This document shows, in pieces, positions 28,267 to 41,046 of a stretch of DNA of 64,000 nt. The position numbers were made by a program, and so were the translations under genes. The stretch's first letter is position 1; the number at the start of each line of letters is the position of its first letter. The notes beneath the pieces are model-generated. The model was given only the letters and a program-made list of their open reading frames with translations, searched no databases and was not told the DNA's origin. Origin of the DNA: Escherichia phage OLB35; the sequence record MH992122.1. One strand, 5' to 3'.

Positions 28267-29258
28267 TATTGAACCTTATTAATATAAGTTAACAGCTCTT
28301 TAGTTTGTTCCCAACTGATGCACGCATCGGTAACGGAAACGCCATAGGACATATTATTAGAAATTTTTTGATTTCCTTCATGTAGGAACGATTCTATCAT
28401 AATTCCTTTGACCAAATCATTAGCTGCTAAATTTTTACCAATACCAATTTGATTGCTATAATGCCCATCAGCGTTTGCATGGCTACAGTCAACCATTACA
28501 TAATGATTCAGACCTACTGCCCTTGCTTTGTTAGAAGCTTCTTGAATATCAGAAGAATGATAGTTCGGGCCGTTGGTCCCGCCACGCAATACGATATGCG
28601 TATTCTGATTACCTTCAGCTTCAACAATGCCTACAGTACCATCGACGTCCATACCCATATACCGATGAGGCCAGGCGGCACTATACATCGCGTCTGTAGC
28701 TACTTTAATAGAACCATTGGTTGCGTTCTTGAAGCCTACGCACATCGGTAGACCCGAAGCAATTTCACGATGTGTCTGACTTTCAGTCGTACGGGCGCCA
28801 ATAGCAACCCATGAGAAAATACCAGAAAGATACTTAATCGTGAATGGGTCTAATACTTCAGTTGCTAATGGAAGTCCCATACGTAGAAGTTTACGACACA
28901 ATGTTCGTGCAACTATAAGACCGTGGTTCATATCAAAACTTCCGTCAAGATATGGATCATTTACAAGACCTTTCCAACCTACGGTAGTTCGAGGCTTTTC
29001 AAAATAAACGCGCATCACTAACAGAACATTAGGAAGACGAGTTTGAAGTTCAGCCAGACGTTTGCCGTATTCAACCGCAGCAATAGGGTCATGAATTGAA
29101 CAAGGACCTACAACAATAAGTTTGCGTGGGTCTTCACCGTTCATAATCGAATTAACTTGTTCGCGATGAGAAGCCACTTGTGATGCGTAAGCTTCCGACA
29201 AAGGAATAATCTCAGCCAGTTCTTTTGGAGAAATAAGTTTTCCGACGACAGGTAACAT
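28266..29258 (-). CDS. class I (AroG/AroF/AroH-type) 3-deoxy-D-arabino-heptulosonate-7-phosphate (DAHP) synthase
   Basis: 330 aa; conserved blocks GPCSIHDP, VMRVYFEKPRTTVGWKGL, GARTTESQ, GFKN, ILRGG, DCSHAN, ESFLHEGNQ, TDACISW, matching E. coli AroG including the metal ligands Cys/His/Glu/Asp; stop overlaps cd start. Confidence 0.9.
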   Translation of the reverse strand: MLPVVGKLISPKELAEIIPLSEAYASQVASHREQVNSIMNGEDPRKLIVVGPCSIHDPIAAVEYGKRLAELQTRLPNVLLVMRVYFEKPRTTVGWKGLVNDPYLDGSFDMNHGLIVARTLCRKLLRMGLPLATEVLDPFTIKYLSGIFSWVAIGARTTESQTHREIASGLPMCVGFKNATNGSIKVATDAMYSAAWPHRYMGMDVDGTVGIVEAEGNQNTHIVLRGGTNGPNYHSSDIQEASNKARAVGLNHYVMVDCSHANADGHYSNQIGIGKNLAANDLVKGIMIESFLHEGNQKISNNMSYGVSVTDACISWEQTKELLTYINKVQ

Positions 29259-29378
29259 AACAATCCTTAGGAGATATAAACAGATTCTGATTCAACAATA
29301 CCTTTAACCGGATTAGACAGGCTAAGTTGGTAGTGCTCAGATTTATGACCATTCTCGATAGTAATGAGATAGCTCTCA

Positions 29379-29615
29379 TTATAGTGTTCCATATACTCGA
29401 GTTGCTTCAACAAGACCATCACTGCCTAATTTAAGATTAGTAATTTGGTCACCATCTTTAGGATTAACGATTATGAGAAAAGAACGTGGAGATTCTTGAA
29501 TAACTCGTAATGTTGCATCCTGGAAACGTTCAGACACTTTATTGATGAGTGCTTGAGCAAATTCTTTTACTTTAATCTGAAATTCGTGTACTGTAATTGG
29601 ATTTTCACTTAGCAT
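29379..29615 (-). CDS. hypothetical protein
   Basis: 78 aa ORF in the cd to pseT variable block. Confidence 0.4.
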   Translation of the reverse strand: MLSENPITVHEFQIKVKEFAQALINKVSERFQDATLRVIQESPRSFLIIVNPKDGDQITNLKLGSDGLVEATRVYGTL

Positions 29616-29672
29616 TTCAATTTCCTCATTGTTGGTAGAGTCATCATATCACAACTCTACGGTGTTGTAAAC

Positions 29673-29948
29673 TTAAATTGCAAAACATTTAATTTCTTGT
29701 GAATCGAAATCAACTTCACACTGAATTACTAGTTCAGCATCAAGACCAAACACAACAATCACATGAGCCGAGCTGGGCAACAATGTAACAGACACAGAAT
29801 CCACTTGGTCAGGCACCAGAGTATTCAAAACGTAGAGTAGTTCAGAGTGGACCTTAAGCTCGGTAGCAGTATCCAGCTTATCAAAGAAATGATTTGCGAT
29901 AATCTGACTAAAAACGACCTTTACAATTTCAGAATATTTAGGGAACAT
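29673..29948 (-). CDS. hypothetical protein
   Basis: 91 aa ORF with early promoter upstream. Confidence 0.4.
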   Translation of the reverse strand: MFPKYSEIVKVVFSQIIANHFFDKLDTATELKVHSELLYVLNTLVPDQVDSVSVTLLPSSAHVIVVFGLDAELVIQCEVDFDSQEIKCFAI

Positions 29949-29955
29949 AATTACC

Positions 29956-30180
29956 TCAGTGTACAGTATTTACTTTAACTCTAACGACAAATTGCTCGGT
30001 CGGTTCGCCTACAGGAACAAACTCTACATGATATTCGCCTTTGTAACGAGTATTCAGGTCGTTACGAATTTCGGTAAGCTTGTTGATTAATGTAGAACTC
30101 ATATTAAGTCCTACTAATTTACGAAGCATTTTGTATGCTTCATCTTCGATTTCATGATGTTTATCGTACATAATTTTCAT
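29956..30180 (-). CDS. hypothetical protein
   Basis: 74 aa ORF. Confidence 0.4.
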   Translation of the reverse strand: MKIMYDKHHEIEDEAYKMLRKLVGLNMSSTLINKLTEIRNDLNTRYKGEYHVEFVPVGEPTEQFVVRVKVNTVH

Positions 30181-30351
30181 TTAACCATTCAATTGCCTGG
30201 TCGACGTTATCAAATATACCACCGTCCAAACGTTCTTCATGCTCATAGTCCAGCACATCAATACCGAACTGTCCATTTACTAAAGGCCAGGCTACAAACA
30301 AATATTCTTTATGCTGTTCGATGGCCTCAATCACTTCATATAATCGTTTCA

Positions 30352-30352
<1 letters not shown>
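30161..30352 (-). CDS. hypothetical protein
   Basis: 63 aa acidic ORF, stop overlaps next start. Confidence 0.4.
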
Positions 30353-31438
<1,086 letters not shown>

Positions 31439-31439
<1 letters not shown>

Positions 31440-31738
31440 TATTTTATTCCTAAGAAAGTTTCAAGAATACGAATGTTATGCTCGCGTCGGTCTTTATTAA
31501 TTTCAGCAACGTTTTTATTAATTGACGTACTTCTAACGTTTGAAGAAATAAATTTAATCATATGACTTTTGAGTTGTTGCAAATCCAACCCTTTTTCTTT
31601 AGCAGCTTTACGAAGAGCTTTACCTGCTTCATCTAGTGCCTTTGCAGCATCTTTGTCATAATTGTCAAGTGACGTTCCACGGCAGATATCAATATACTCA
31701 TCAGACCGTTTTATGTAATTCTCTAGTAATGTTTTCAT
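31439..31738 (-). CDS. hypothetical protein
   Basis: 99 aa ORF with early promoter upstream. Confidence 0.5.
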
Positions 31739-31766
31739 TTAGATTTCCTCAATTATCCATAGGAGC

Positions 31767-31796
31767 ATTATACTCTGCTCCCGAGAGTTTGTAAAC
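31767..31796 (-). promoter_or_regulatory. T4-type early promoter with palindrome across the -10 element
   Basis: Reverse strand GTTTACA, 18 nt, TATAAT lying in the loop of GGAGCA..TGCTCC. Confidence 0.5.
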
Positions 31797-32020
31797 TATT
31801 TTACTAAAGATTCGATATACTCATGAAGAGCTTTAGTCGCTACTGCCCACTTGTTCTGATATTCATTTTTCAGATTAGCACGAGACTGAACTAACAAGCG
31901 GTCATTAGTCGGAGGCAAAGATTCTAATCGTTGAATCTGGCGCCCATAAATCATAGCCGCCATTTCAGATTCATAGATAAGCCCTTTAATGTATTCATGC
32001 TGTTCTTTAGTCATTGGCAT
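31796..32020 (-). CDS. hypothetical protein
   Basis: 74 aa ORF. Confidence 0.45.
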   Translation of the reverse strand: MPMTKEQHEYIKGLIYESEMAAMIYGRQIQRLESLPPTNDRLLVQSRANLKNEYQNKWAVATKALHEYIESLVK

Positions 32021-32301
32021 TTTTCCTCTTTTAAACCACTACGATAATAACATAACATAGTCTTCTGGTCATGTACATATCTTTTTACGTCGTTTAACCA
32101 GATACGAAATTCTTGAGAGTCTTCAAATGGCATTCCAACCCATGGATTACCATCAATAACCTTTACTTGCCATTTCTGGTTATATTCAACAATAGATTCA
32201 GGCCATTGCGGATGTAAAGTTTCTTTAGGGCTTAAGGGCACATCCTGGGCACATCCAGCCAAAATACCAATAGATAATACAACTGCGGCTAATTTAATCA
32301 T
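32011..32301 (-). CDS. outer-membrane spanin (o-spanin) lipoprotein, T4 pseT.2-like
   Basis: 96 aa; signal peptide with lipobox LAGC; follows the i-spanin with a 4 nt overlap. Confidence 0.7.
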   Translation of the reverse strand: MIKLAAVVLSIGILAGCAQDVPLSPKETLHPQWPESIVEYNQKWQVKVIDGNPWVGMPFEDSQEFRIWLNDVKRYVHDQKTMLCYYRSGLKEEKCQ

Positions 32302-32654
32302 TCTGAGAGCTTCCTGAGGTCTTCTGCAAAGGAATCGAAGGACCTGTTGATTTGTTTTTCGACCAATCCTGGCTTACTTGCCACCACGTTCTTCTTCTTC
32401 GAATCCTTACGGAGCTTTTCATTTTCAGCCTTAAGTTGGTCAACTAAAACACGGTTCTTATAAGTCATTTCTTCGATTGACTGATATTGAACTTTGAAGT
32501 CGTCTAATACTTTAGCATTGTTTTTAGCAGCCTCTTTAACAGAGGCTAATTCAGTATTCAACGAATCAACTTTGTTGTTTAAGACAACTATTGTTACCGT
32601 AGAAACTAGAGCAAAAGCTGCTACTATAGCATAAATCGGATTTACTTTAAGCAT
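32298..32654 (-). CDS. inner-membrane spanin (i-spanin), T4 pseT.3-like
   Basis: 118 aa; N-terminal transmembrane helix (IYAIVAAFALVSTVTIVVL) then charged coiled-coil-like periplasmic domain. Confidence 0.7.
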   Translation of the reverse strand: MLKVNPIYAIVAAFALVSTVTIVVLNNKVDSLNTELASVKEAAKNNAKVLDDFKVQYQSIEEMTYKNRVLVDQLKAENEKLRKDSKKKNVVASKPGLVEKQINRSFDSFAEDLRKLSE

Positions 32655-33142
32655 GTTTTAATAATCTCAATGATTTCATCTCGGGATAATCCATTGATAA
32701 GAACGGTTTTCAAACCATCACACTGGATTTTGTACGATTCAAACATTACACACAACTCTTCTGCTGTATGATACGGGCTTGAAATTCCGAGACGGTTGAA
32801 TTTGTCGGTAAGAGGGTCGCAAATGATGTAGAATTTTATACCTGCGATATGTACGTTTGGTTGACTAATATTAATGAACACATTAGCGTCATATTTAGTC
32901 AAATTGTTTTGAAGAAATTCAACCATGGCATTAACCGCTTCCGGCATTGCTTCACGTTTTTCTTCAGCGTATCGAGTAGAATACTCTTTTTGTTTTACTT
33001 TCTTTTTAAGATTTTTGGCCAGTGTAACACGGAGGTCAGTAAGATAACCAACCGGACGTCCTTTCTTAAAGACTCGGATTCCGTCAGTTGTGTCTCCAAA
33101 AGCGGTTACGACCATATCGTTAGTAATCAATTGCATATTCAT
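32642..33142 (-). CDS. alc: Alc-like protein (host transcription unfolder), by position and size
   Basis: 167 aa from internal start MNMQLITND...; early promoter directly upstream; located between spanins and rnlA as T4 alc. Confidence 0.6.
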   Translation of the reverse strand: MNMQLITNDMVVTAFGDTTDGIRVFKKGRPVGYLTDLRVTLAKNLKKKVKQKEYSTRYAEEKREAMPEAVNAMVEFLQNNLTKYDANVFINISQPNVHIAGIKFYIICDPLTDKFNRLGISSPYHTAEELCVMFESYKIQCDGLKTVLINGLSRDEIIEIIKTCLK

Positions 33143-33172
33143 AATTTTCTCCTCGTGTTGTTGATAAAAGCC

Positions 33173-33202
33173 ATAGTAACACCATCCTTGGTGTTTGTAA
33201 AC
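33173..33202 (-). promoter_or_regulatory. T4-type early promoter for the alc-like gene
   Basis: Reverse strand GTTTAC, 18 nt, TACTAT, then RBS and ATG at 33142. Confidence 0.5.
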
Positions 33203-33204
33203 CA

Positions 33205-34338
<1,134 letters not shown>

Positions 34339-34355
34339 TCAGTTAGTTTTTTTAA

Positions 34356-34385
34356 ATTGTACCACAATCCTTGTGGTATGTAAAC
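34356..34385 (-). promoter_or_regulatory. T4-type early promoter for rnlA
   Basis: Reverse strand GTTTACA, spacer, TACAAT, upstream of rnlA ATG; overlaps the denA stop. Confidence 0.45.
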
Positions 34386-34795
34386 TACTTTTTCTTATGT
34401 TGGATATTCCAAGGCGGGTTGAACTTTTTGATAAAAAGCGGTTCTTCAAGGTCCATTGTTGCGATGGTCATTGAACCAAGTTCGTTGGTGACTGAAAGGT
34501 CAAAACATTGGCGGGCCCAGAATTCAACCTTTTTGCCTTGCATTAAGGCATCCAAAATCATAAGTGATTTTCTTGAATCTGAAGTCTGGTCTTTTCGATT
34601 TATGGCTGTTCGATAATAGTTAATGCGTTTCTTTAAATTCTTGGTTTTACCAATATACACAAGTTCGTCATCTATAGCAATAGCGTATATGACATTTTTC
34701 TTATTAGGGGCATCAATGGTTTTAATTGTTGCATCTTCTAATAGCTCCAATTCTATATATTTAATAAAGGAATATTCGGCGGCAATATCTTTCAT
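34385..34795 (-). CDS. denA: endonuclease II (GIY-YIG family)
   Basis: 136 aa as T4 DenA; GIY-YIG-like VIYAIAIDDELVYIGKTKNLKKRINYYR. Confidence 0.75.
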   Translation of the reverse strand: MKDIAAEYSFIKYIELELLEDATIKTIDAPNKKNVIYAIAIDDELVYIGKTKNLKKRINYYRTAINRKDQTSDSRKSLMILDALMQGKKVEFWARQCFDLSVTNELGSMTIATMDLEEPLFIKKFNPPWNIQHKKK

Positions 34796-34803
34796 AATAA
34801 AGT

Positions 34804-34817
34804 GGGACCGAAGTCCC
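34804..34817 (-). terminator. hairpin GGGAC-(UUCG)-GUCCC between nrdB and denA
   Basis: Lies in the 26 nt gap between the nrdB stop and the denA start. Confidence 0.5.
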
Positions 34818-34821
34818 GTCC

Positions 34822-36000
34822 TTAGAAATATTTTTTGTATGAATTGATTACATTTTGGTCTACATCATTATCAATTTGTGCGACAAGATAAGAACTGATT
34901 TCAACTTCCTGAGGAGCTGCTTGAACTAAATCGGAGTTCAGATATTCACGAATCCAAGGATAAGGATGTTTGGTCGGAGCATCAGTAATTGGACACGGCA
35001 AACCACACTGTTTCATACGAGACACAGTCAAGTAATCAACAAAAGCACACATACTCTGTGTATTGATACCTGGACATGTACCGTCTTTAAAGAGGTGTGC
35101 AGCCCATTCCTTCTCTTGACTATTTACTTCCATAAAAATGTCAACTGCTTCTTGTTCACATTCTTTAGCAATTTGAACCCACTCATCGCCATCAGTACCA
35201 GATTGAAGTTGACGGATAATGTATTGAGTACCCTTGAGATGGAGTTGTTCGTCACGAGCAATGAACTTCATAATCTTTGCATTGCCTTCCATAATTTCCA
35301 TATTTTTATGGAAGTTGAAAGTACATGCGAAAGATACATAAAAACGAATAGCTTCCAAGGCGTTGATAACATGCAAACAGAGATAAAGAGACTTCATTAG
35401 GTCATGTTTACATTCTTCCATGTGCATAAGACTATTTGAATATGCATCTAAATCATATTCGTTTTCGGAAAAACACTTAAAAATTTCTTTAGCATTTTCC
35501 CATTCACGGGTTTTAATCAGAACGTCATCATAATAACGTCCAATGGATTCAGCTCGTTTCATAATAGCTTCATCTAATACAATTTCATCAAATACCTTCG
35601 ATGGATCGGTATAAAGATTTCGCATAATATGAGTATACGAACGAGAGTGAATAGTTTCACTGAATGTCCATGTTGCGACCCATGTATCTAATGAAGGGTC
35701 AGAAATAAGTGCCATAAGTACCGCAGATGGGGCCCTGCCTTGGATAGAATCTAATAATGATTGATACTTAAGATTGTTTGTAAAGATGTCCTGTTGGAAC
35801 TGAGGAAGCTTATTGAACTGCGCAGAGTCCAACATCAAGTTTACCTCTTCTGGGCGCCAGAAAAATGACAAGGATTTTTCTATAAGTTCTTCGAAAACTT
35901 TATGACGCTGAATATCATATCGTGCGAGGCCAAGACCAGAACCAAAGAACATCGGTTCATTCAAAACATCGACTTGTTGCGTGTTAAAAACTGTACTCAT
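34822..36000 (-). CDS. nrdB: ribonucleotide reductase small subunit, uninterrupted
   Basis: 392 aa continuous ORF (no intron), position upstream of denA, T4 NrdB-like. Confidence 0.95.
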   Translation of the reverse strand: MSTVFNTQQVDVLNEPMFFGSGLGLARYDIQRHKVFEELIEKSLSFFWRPEEVNLMLDSAQFNKLPQFQQDIFTNNLKYQSLLDSIQGRAPSAVLMALISDPSLDTWVATWTFSETIHSRSYTHIMRNLYTDPSKVFDEIVLDEAIMKRAESIGRYYDDVLIKTREWENAKEIFKCFSENEYDLDAYSNSLMHMEECKHDLMKSLYLCLHVINALEAIRFYVSFACTFNFHKNMEIMEGNAKIMKFIARDEQLHLKGTQYIIRQLQSGTDGDEWVQIAKECEQEAVDIFMEVNSQEKEWAAHLFKDGTCPGINTQSMCAFVDYLTVSRMKQCGLPCPITDAPTKHPYPWIREYLNSDLVQAAPQEVEISSYLVAQIDNDVDQNVINSYKKYF

Positions 36001-36054
36001 TATATTTTCTCACTTAGTTATAACTCATCCATGAGTAAATTATAATCAAAAGTC

Positions 36055-38310
36055 TTAAAGCTTACAAGCAGAACAATCTTCAGCTTTAGGTGTTTCTAAT
36101 TCATAGTCATCTGTACCTGACCCATCACGAGTGTTATGATAGTAGAGGTTTTTTCCGCCAAAGTACCAGAAGTAAAGCAGATCGTCAAGCATTACTGACA
36201 TTGGCACTTTACCTTTCTCAAATACTGCAGGGTCATAGTAAGTATTAGCAGAAGCAGATTGGCACACCCATTTCAACATGATAGCAACTTGGGTCAAATA
36301 AGGTTTATTACCTTTCTTAGCAAGTTTCCACGCATAGTCGTAAAGACTCATGTTATGTTCGATATTAGGAACAACCTGTCGGAAGTTGCCTTCTTTAGAT
36401 TCTTTAATACTTACTGGACCGCGTGGTGGCTCTATACCGTTTGTGCTATTTGAGACTTGACTGCTTGACTCACAAGGCATGAGTGCAGACAACGTTGAGT
36501 TACGAATTCCGTGTTCTTTGAGTTCAGCTCGAAGTTCTTCCCAGTCGCAGACGTAGTTCGGGGCTGCGATTTGGTCAATCTTTTTATTGTACCAGTCGAT
36601 AGGTAATTCGCCTCTAGACCATTTAGTGTCTGAATAATACTCACAACGTCCTTTTTCTTTGGCGAGTTTGATTGATGCTTTGATAAGGCCATATTGCAAT
36701 CTCTCGAACAATTCATGAGTCAAATCGTTAGCGTCTTCATATGAAGCAAAGTTAGAAGCTAACCATGCAGCATAGTTCGTCACACCGACACCGAGATTTC
36801 GACGTTTTTTAGCTTTTAAAGCTTCTGGGACCGGATAATCTTGATAGTCTAACAGGTTATCAAGTGCACGTACTTGTACTTCGGCCAGTTCATTAATTTT
36901 ATCTTGGTCTTGCCAATCAAATTTATCTAATACAAAAGCGGATAACGTGCATAAACCAATTTCAGCATCAGGGCCATTCACATCATTAGTTGGAATAGCG
37001 ATTTCACAACATAAGTTACTCTGACGAATTGGAGCTTTTTCACGAATAAATGGAGTGTAGTTATTCGTGTTATCAACAAACTGTGGATAAATTCGAGCAG
37101 TACCAGAACGTTCAGTCATGAACAATTCAAAGAGTTCTAGTGCTTTGATTCTTTTCTTTCTGATTGTTGGGTCTTTTTCAGCTTTCTCATAAAGCTCACG
37201 GAATTTATCTTGATCTTCAAAGAACGAGTAATATAGTTCGCCTGACATTTCGTGAGGGCTAAATAAAGTAATATAATCATTTTTGCCAAGGCGTTCCATC
37301 ATGAGGTCATTAATCTGAATTCCATAGTCCATATGTCGAATACGGTTTTCATCCACGCCTTTGTTATTTTTCAGAACTAATAGGTTCTCTACTTCTAAGT
37401 GCCACATCGGATAATACGCTGTAGCAGCACCACCACGAATACCGCCTTGAGAACAAGATTTTACTGCAGTTTGGAAATGCTTCCAGAATGGAATAACACC
37501 CGTATGTCGAACTTCACCCATACCGATCTTAGAACCTTCTGCACGAAGCATACCAACGTTGATACCGATACCAGCTCGTTTAGAAATATATTCAATAATT
37601 GATGCCGAAGTTTTGTTAATAGATTTTAACGAATCGCCGGCTTCAATAACTACACAACTAGAGAACTGGCGAGTTGGAGTACGAGCACCTGCCATAATTG
37701 GAGTAGGCAATGAAACTTGATGAGTAGAAACGGCATCATAAAAACGAATAATATGTTTCAAACGGTCATGAGTTTCGTCTTGATGTAAGGCCATACCGAT
37801 AGCCATGATAGCAAACTGTGGAGTTTCATAAATCTTCCCAGTTGTTTTATCTTTAACCAGGTATTTTTCTTTAAGCTGCATAGCACCAGCATAAGTCAGA
37901 TCAAAATCTCGCTCATGTTTAATCCGAGAATCAAGATAAATGATTTCTTCTGCAGAATATCTAGATAACAACTCAGGATCATATTTGCCTTCATTAACAC
38001 AATACGAGATATGGTCGATAAAAGCAGGAGGTTCAAACTGACCATACACATCTTTACGAAGTGCAAACATTAATCCTTTAGCGGCAACATATTGATAATC
38101 AGGTTCTTCAACAGAAATCGAGTTAGCTGCAACTTTAATACAAATCTTCTGAATATCTTTGGTGCTCATCCCGTCAACAAGATGGGTCTTAATTTCTTCG
38201 TATAATTCATATGGGTCGATTTGTGTTCCTTCACACTGCCAAGTTAAGACTTGAATAATTTTCTGTGCATCAAAATTTTGGGATACACCACTGCTCTTAG
38301 TTACTTGCAT
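36055..38310 (-). CDS. nrdA: ribonucleotide reductase large subunit
   Basis: 751 aa; active-site NLCCEI motif; T4 NrdA size. Confidence 0.95.
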   Translation of the reverse strand: MQVTKSSGVSQNFDAQKIIQVLTWQCEGTQIDPYELYEEIKTHLVDGMSTKDIQKICIKVAANSISVEEPDYQYVAAKGLMFALRKDVYGQFEPPAFIDHISYCVNEGKYDPELLSRYSAEEIIYLDSRIKHERDFDLTYAGAMQLKEKYLVKDKTTGKIYETPQFAIMAIGMALHQDETHDRLKHIIRFYDAVSTHQVSLPTPIMAGARTPTRQFSSCVVIEAGDSLKSINKTSASIIEYISKRAGIGINVGMLRAEGSKIGMGEVRHTGVIPFWKHFQTAVKSCSQGGIRGGAATAYYPMWHLEVENLLVLKNNKGVDENRIRHMDYGIQINDLMMERLGKNDYITLFSPHEMSGELYYSFFEDQDKFRELYEKAEKDPTIRKKRIKALELFELFMTERSGTARIYPQFVDNTNNYTPFIREKAPIRQSNLCCEIAIPTNDVNGPDAEIGLCTLSAFVLDKFDWQDQDKINELAEVQVRALDNLLDYQDYPVPEALKAKKRRNLGVGVTNYAAWLASNFASYEDANDLTHELFERLQYGLIKASIKLAKEKGRCEYYSDTKWSRGELPIDWYNKKIDQIAAPNYVCDWEELRAELKEHGIRNSTLSALMPCESSSQVSNSTNGIEPPRGPVSIKESKEGNFRQVVPNIEHNMSLYDYAWKLAKKGNKPYLTQVAIMLKWVCQSASANTYYDPAVFEKGKVPMSVMLDDLLYFWYFGGKNLYYHNTRDGSGTDDYELETPKAEDCSACKL

Positions 38311-38397
38311 ATATTCCTCAGTATAGGTTGATAGACATTACTCCAAACGGGATAGTATTTATCCCGTTAATTTATTATACACTTTTAAACTGAAGCG

Positions 38398-38652
38398 TTA
38401 ATTATTCTTAGCAATAATTTCTTTGTATTCTTTAGGTGTCAAGACTGTGATATCGAAATAAACCAATGGTTCTTTTTCCATACCGTAACCACCACAAAAT
38501 TCACGATATTCATAAATTCGTTCATGTGAATAACAAATGAATCGTTCACCTTTAACTGTGATTTCACTATTCGGTGAAGGGATATCTAGTTCGGTAGGAT
38601 TTTTCATTTCAAAAATTGTGGTACCATATGAATTAATAAAACGTAAAATCAT
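38398..38652 (-). CDS. hypothetical protein (nrdA.1-like by position)
   Basis: 84 aa ORF between td and nrdA. Confidence 0.45.
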   Translation of the reverse strand: MILRFINSYGTTIFEMKNPTELDIPSPNSEITVKGERFICYSHERIYEYREFCGGYGMEKEPLVYFDITVLTPKEYKEIIAKNN

Positions 38653-39513
38653 TTATACCGCCATTTTAGCTTTGATAGTTGGATGAGATTCGTAATTTTT
38701 AAGAACGAAATCAGAATGTGTCATCGTTCCAGTAACCCAGTCCATTTGGATTTTTGTAGGCCAATTCTCAAAATTACTAGGCCAATTAATTTCAAGAGAA
38801 CACAACTCTTTAGGTTCACGACGAAGAACTTCTTTGCATTGTTCTACATGATTGCTGTAGATATGCGTGTTGCCGCCTGAGAACACTAAATCACCTGGGA
38901 TAAGGTTACACATCTTCGCTACAATATGCGTCAAGGCAGCGTATGAGGCAATGTTGAACGGCAGGCCCAAGAAAACATCTACACTGCGTTGATACCATTG
39001 TAAATCAAGATGCCCATTACGCACATTGAACTGATAGAACATGTGGCAAGGAGGAAGAGCCATTTGATTTATTTCGGCCGGATTCCAGGCAGAAACAATT
39101 TGACGACGATCAGTTGGTAATTTTTTAATACTGTTGATTGTTTCAACTAATTGGTCCACACCACCGAAATCACGCCATTGTTTACCATATATAGGACCAA
39201 GTTCGCCGCTATGATATCCAAGGTCTTTTGCCTGATTTTCATAGTTGTCGTCCCAAATAGTTTTACCTTCAATTAGACTACCATGAGTACGAAGACGTAA
39301 TTCATTAACATTAGTAGAACCGGACATGAACCACAATAACTCGGCAATACAAGCTTTCCATGCTAATTTCTTAGTTGTTACTGCAGGGAATCCTTTAGTC
39401 AGGTCCCAACGTAATTTAGTTCCGAACAGAGCAATTGTTCCTGTGCCTGTACGGTCGTCTGTTTCGTAACCGTTTTCAAGGATATTTTTAATTAAATCTT
39501 GGTATTGTTTCAT
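38653..39513 (-). CDS. td: thymidylate synthase, uninterrupted
   Basis: 286 aa continuous ORF, identical length to spliced T4 Td. Confidence 0.95.
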   Translation of the reverse strand: MKQYQDLIKNILENGYETDDRTGTGTIALFGTKLRWDLTKGFPAVTTKKLAWKACIAELLWFMSGSTNVNELRLRTHGSLIEGKTIWDDNYENQAKDLGYHSGELGPIYGKQWRDFGGVDQLVETINSIKKLPTDRRQIVSAWNPAEINQMALPPCHMFYQFNVRNGHLDLQWYQRSVDVFLGLPFNIASYAALTHIVAKMCNLIPGDLVFSGGNTHIYSNHVEQCKEVLRREPKELCSLEINWPSNFENWPTKIQMDWVTGTMTHSDFVLKNYESHPTIKAKMAV

Positions 39514-39526
39514 TTAGCACCTATAA

Positions 39527-40740
<1,214 letters not shown>

Positions 40741-40768
<28 letters not shown>

Positions 40769-40983
40769 TCAGCTTTAAACGATTCAACATCAGAGTGGTA
40801 AATCCAGAATCCTGCACTTTCACCATCTTCATAGAGTGGACATCCATCGCATTCATCTTCCCAACCCATATCGCGTAAAAGATGTTCAGCTTTTTCAACA
40901 AGTTCAGCGTCTTTACCGACGATGTTGAAGTACCATTTACCTCTAACTTCAGAATCTTTGATGCTCTGGCGTTGCAATCTCAT
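40741..40983 (-). CDS. hypothetical protein (frd.2-like)
   Basis: 80 aa ORF with early promoter upstream. Confidence 0.45.
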
Positions 40984-41046
40984 TTTATTCTCCTCTTCAC
41001 TTTTATTTGATAGGGCTACTATAACATAACCCTATCTTGTTATAAA

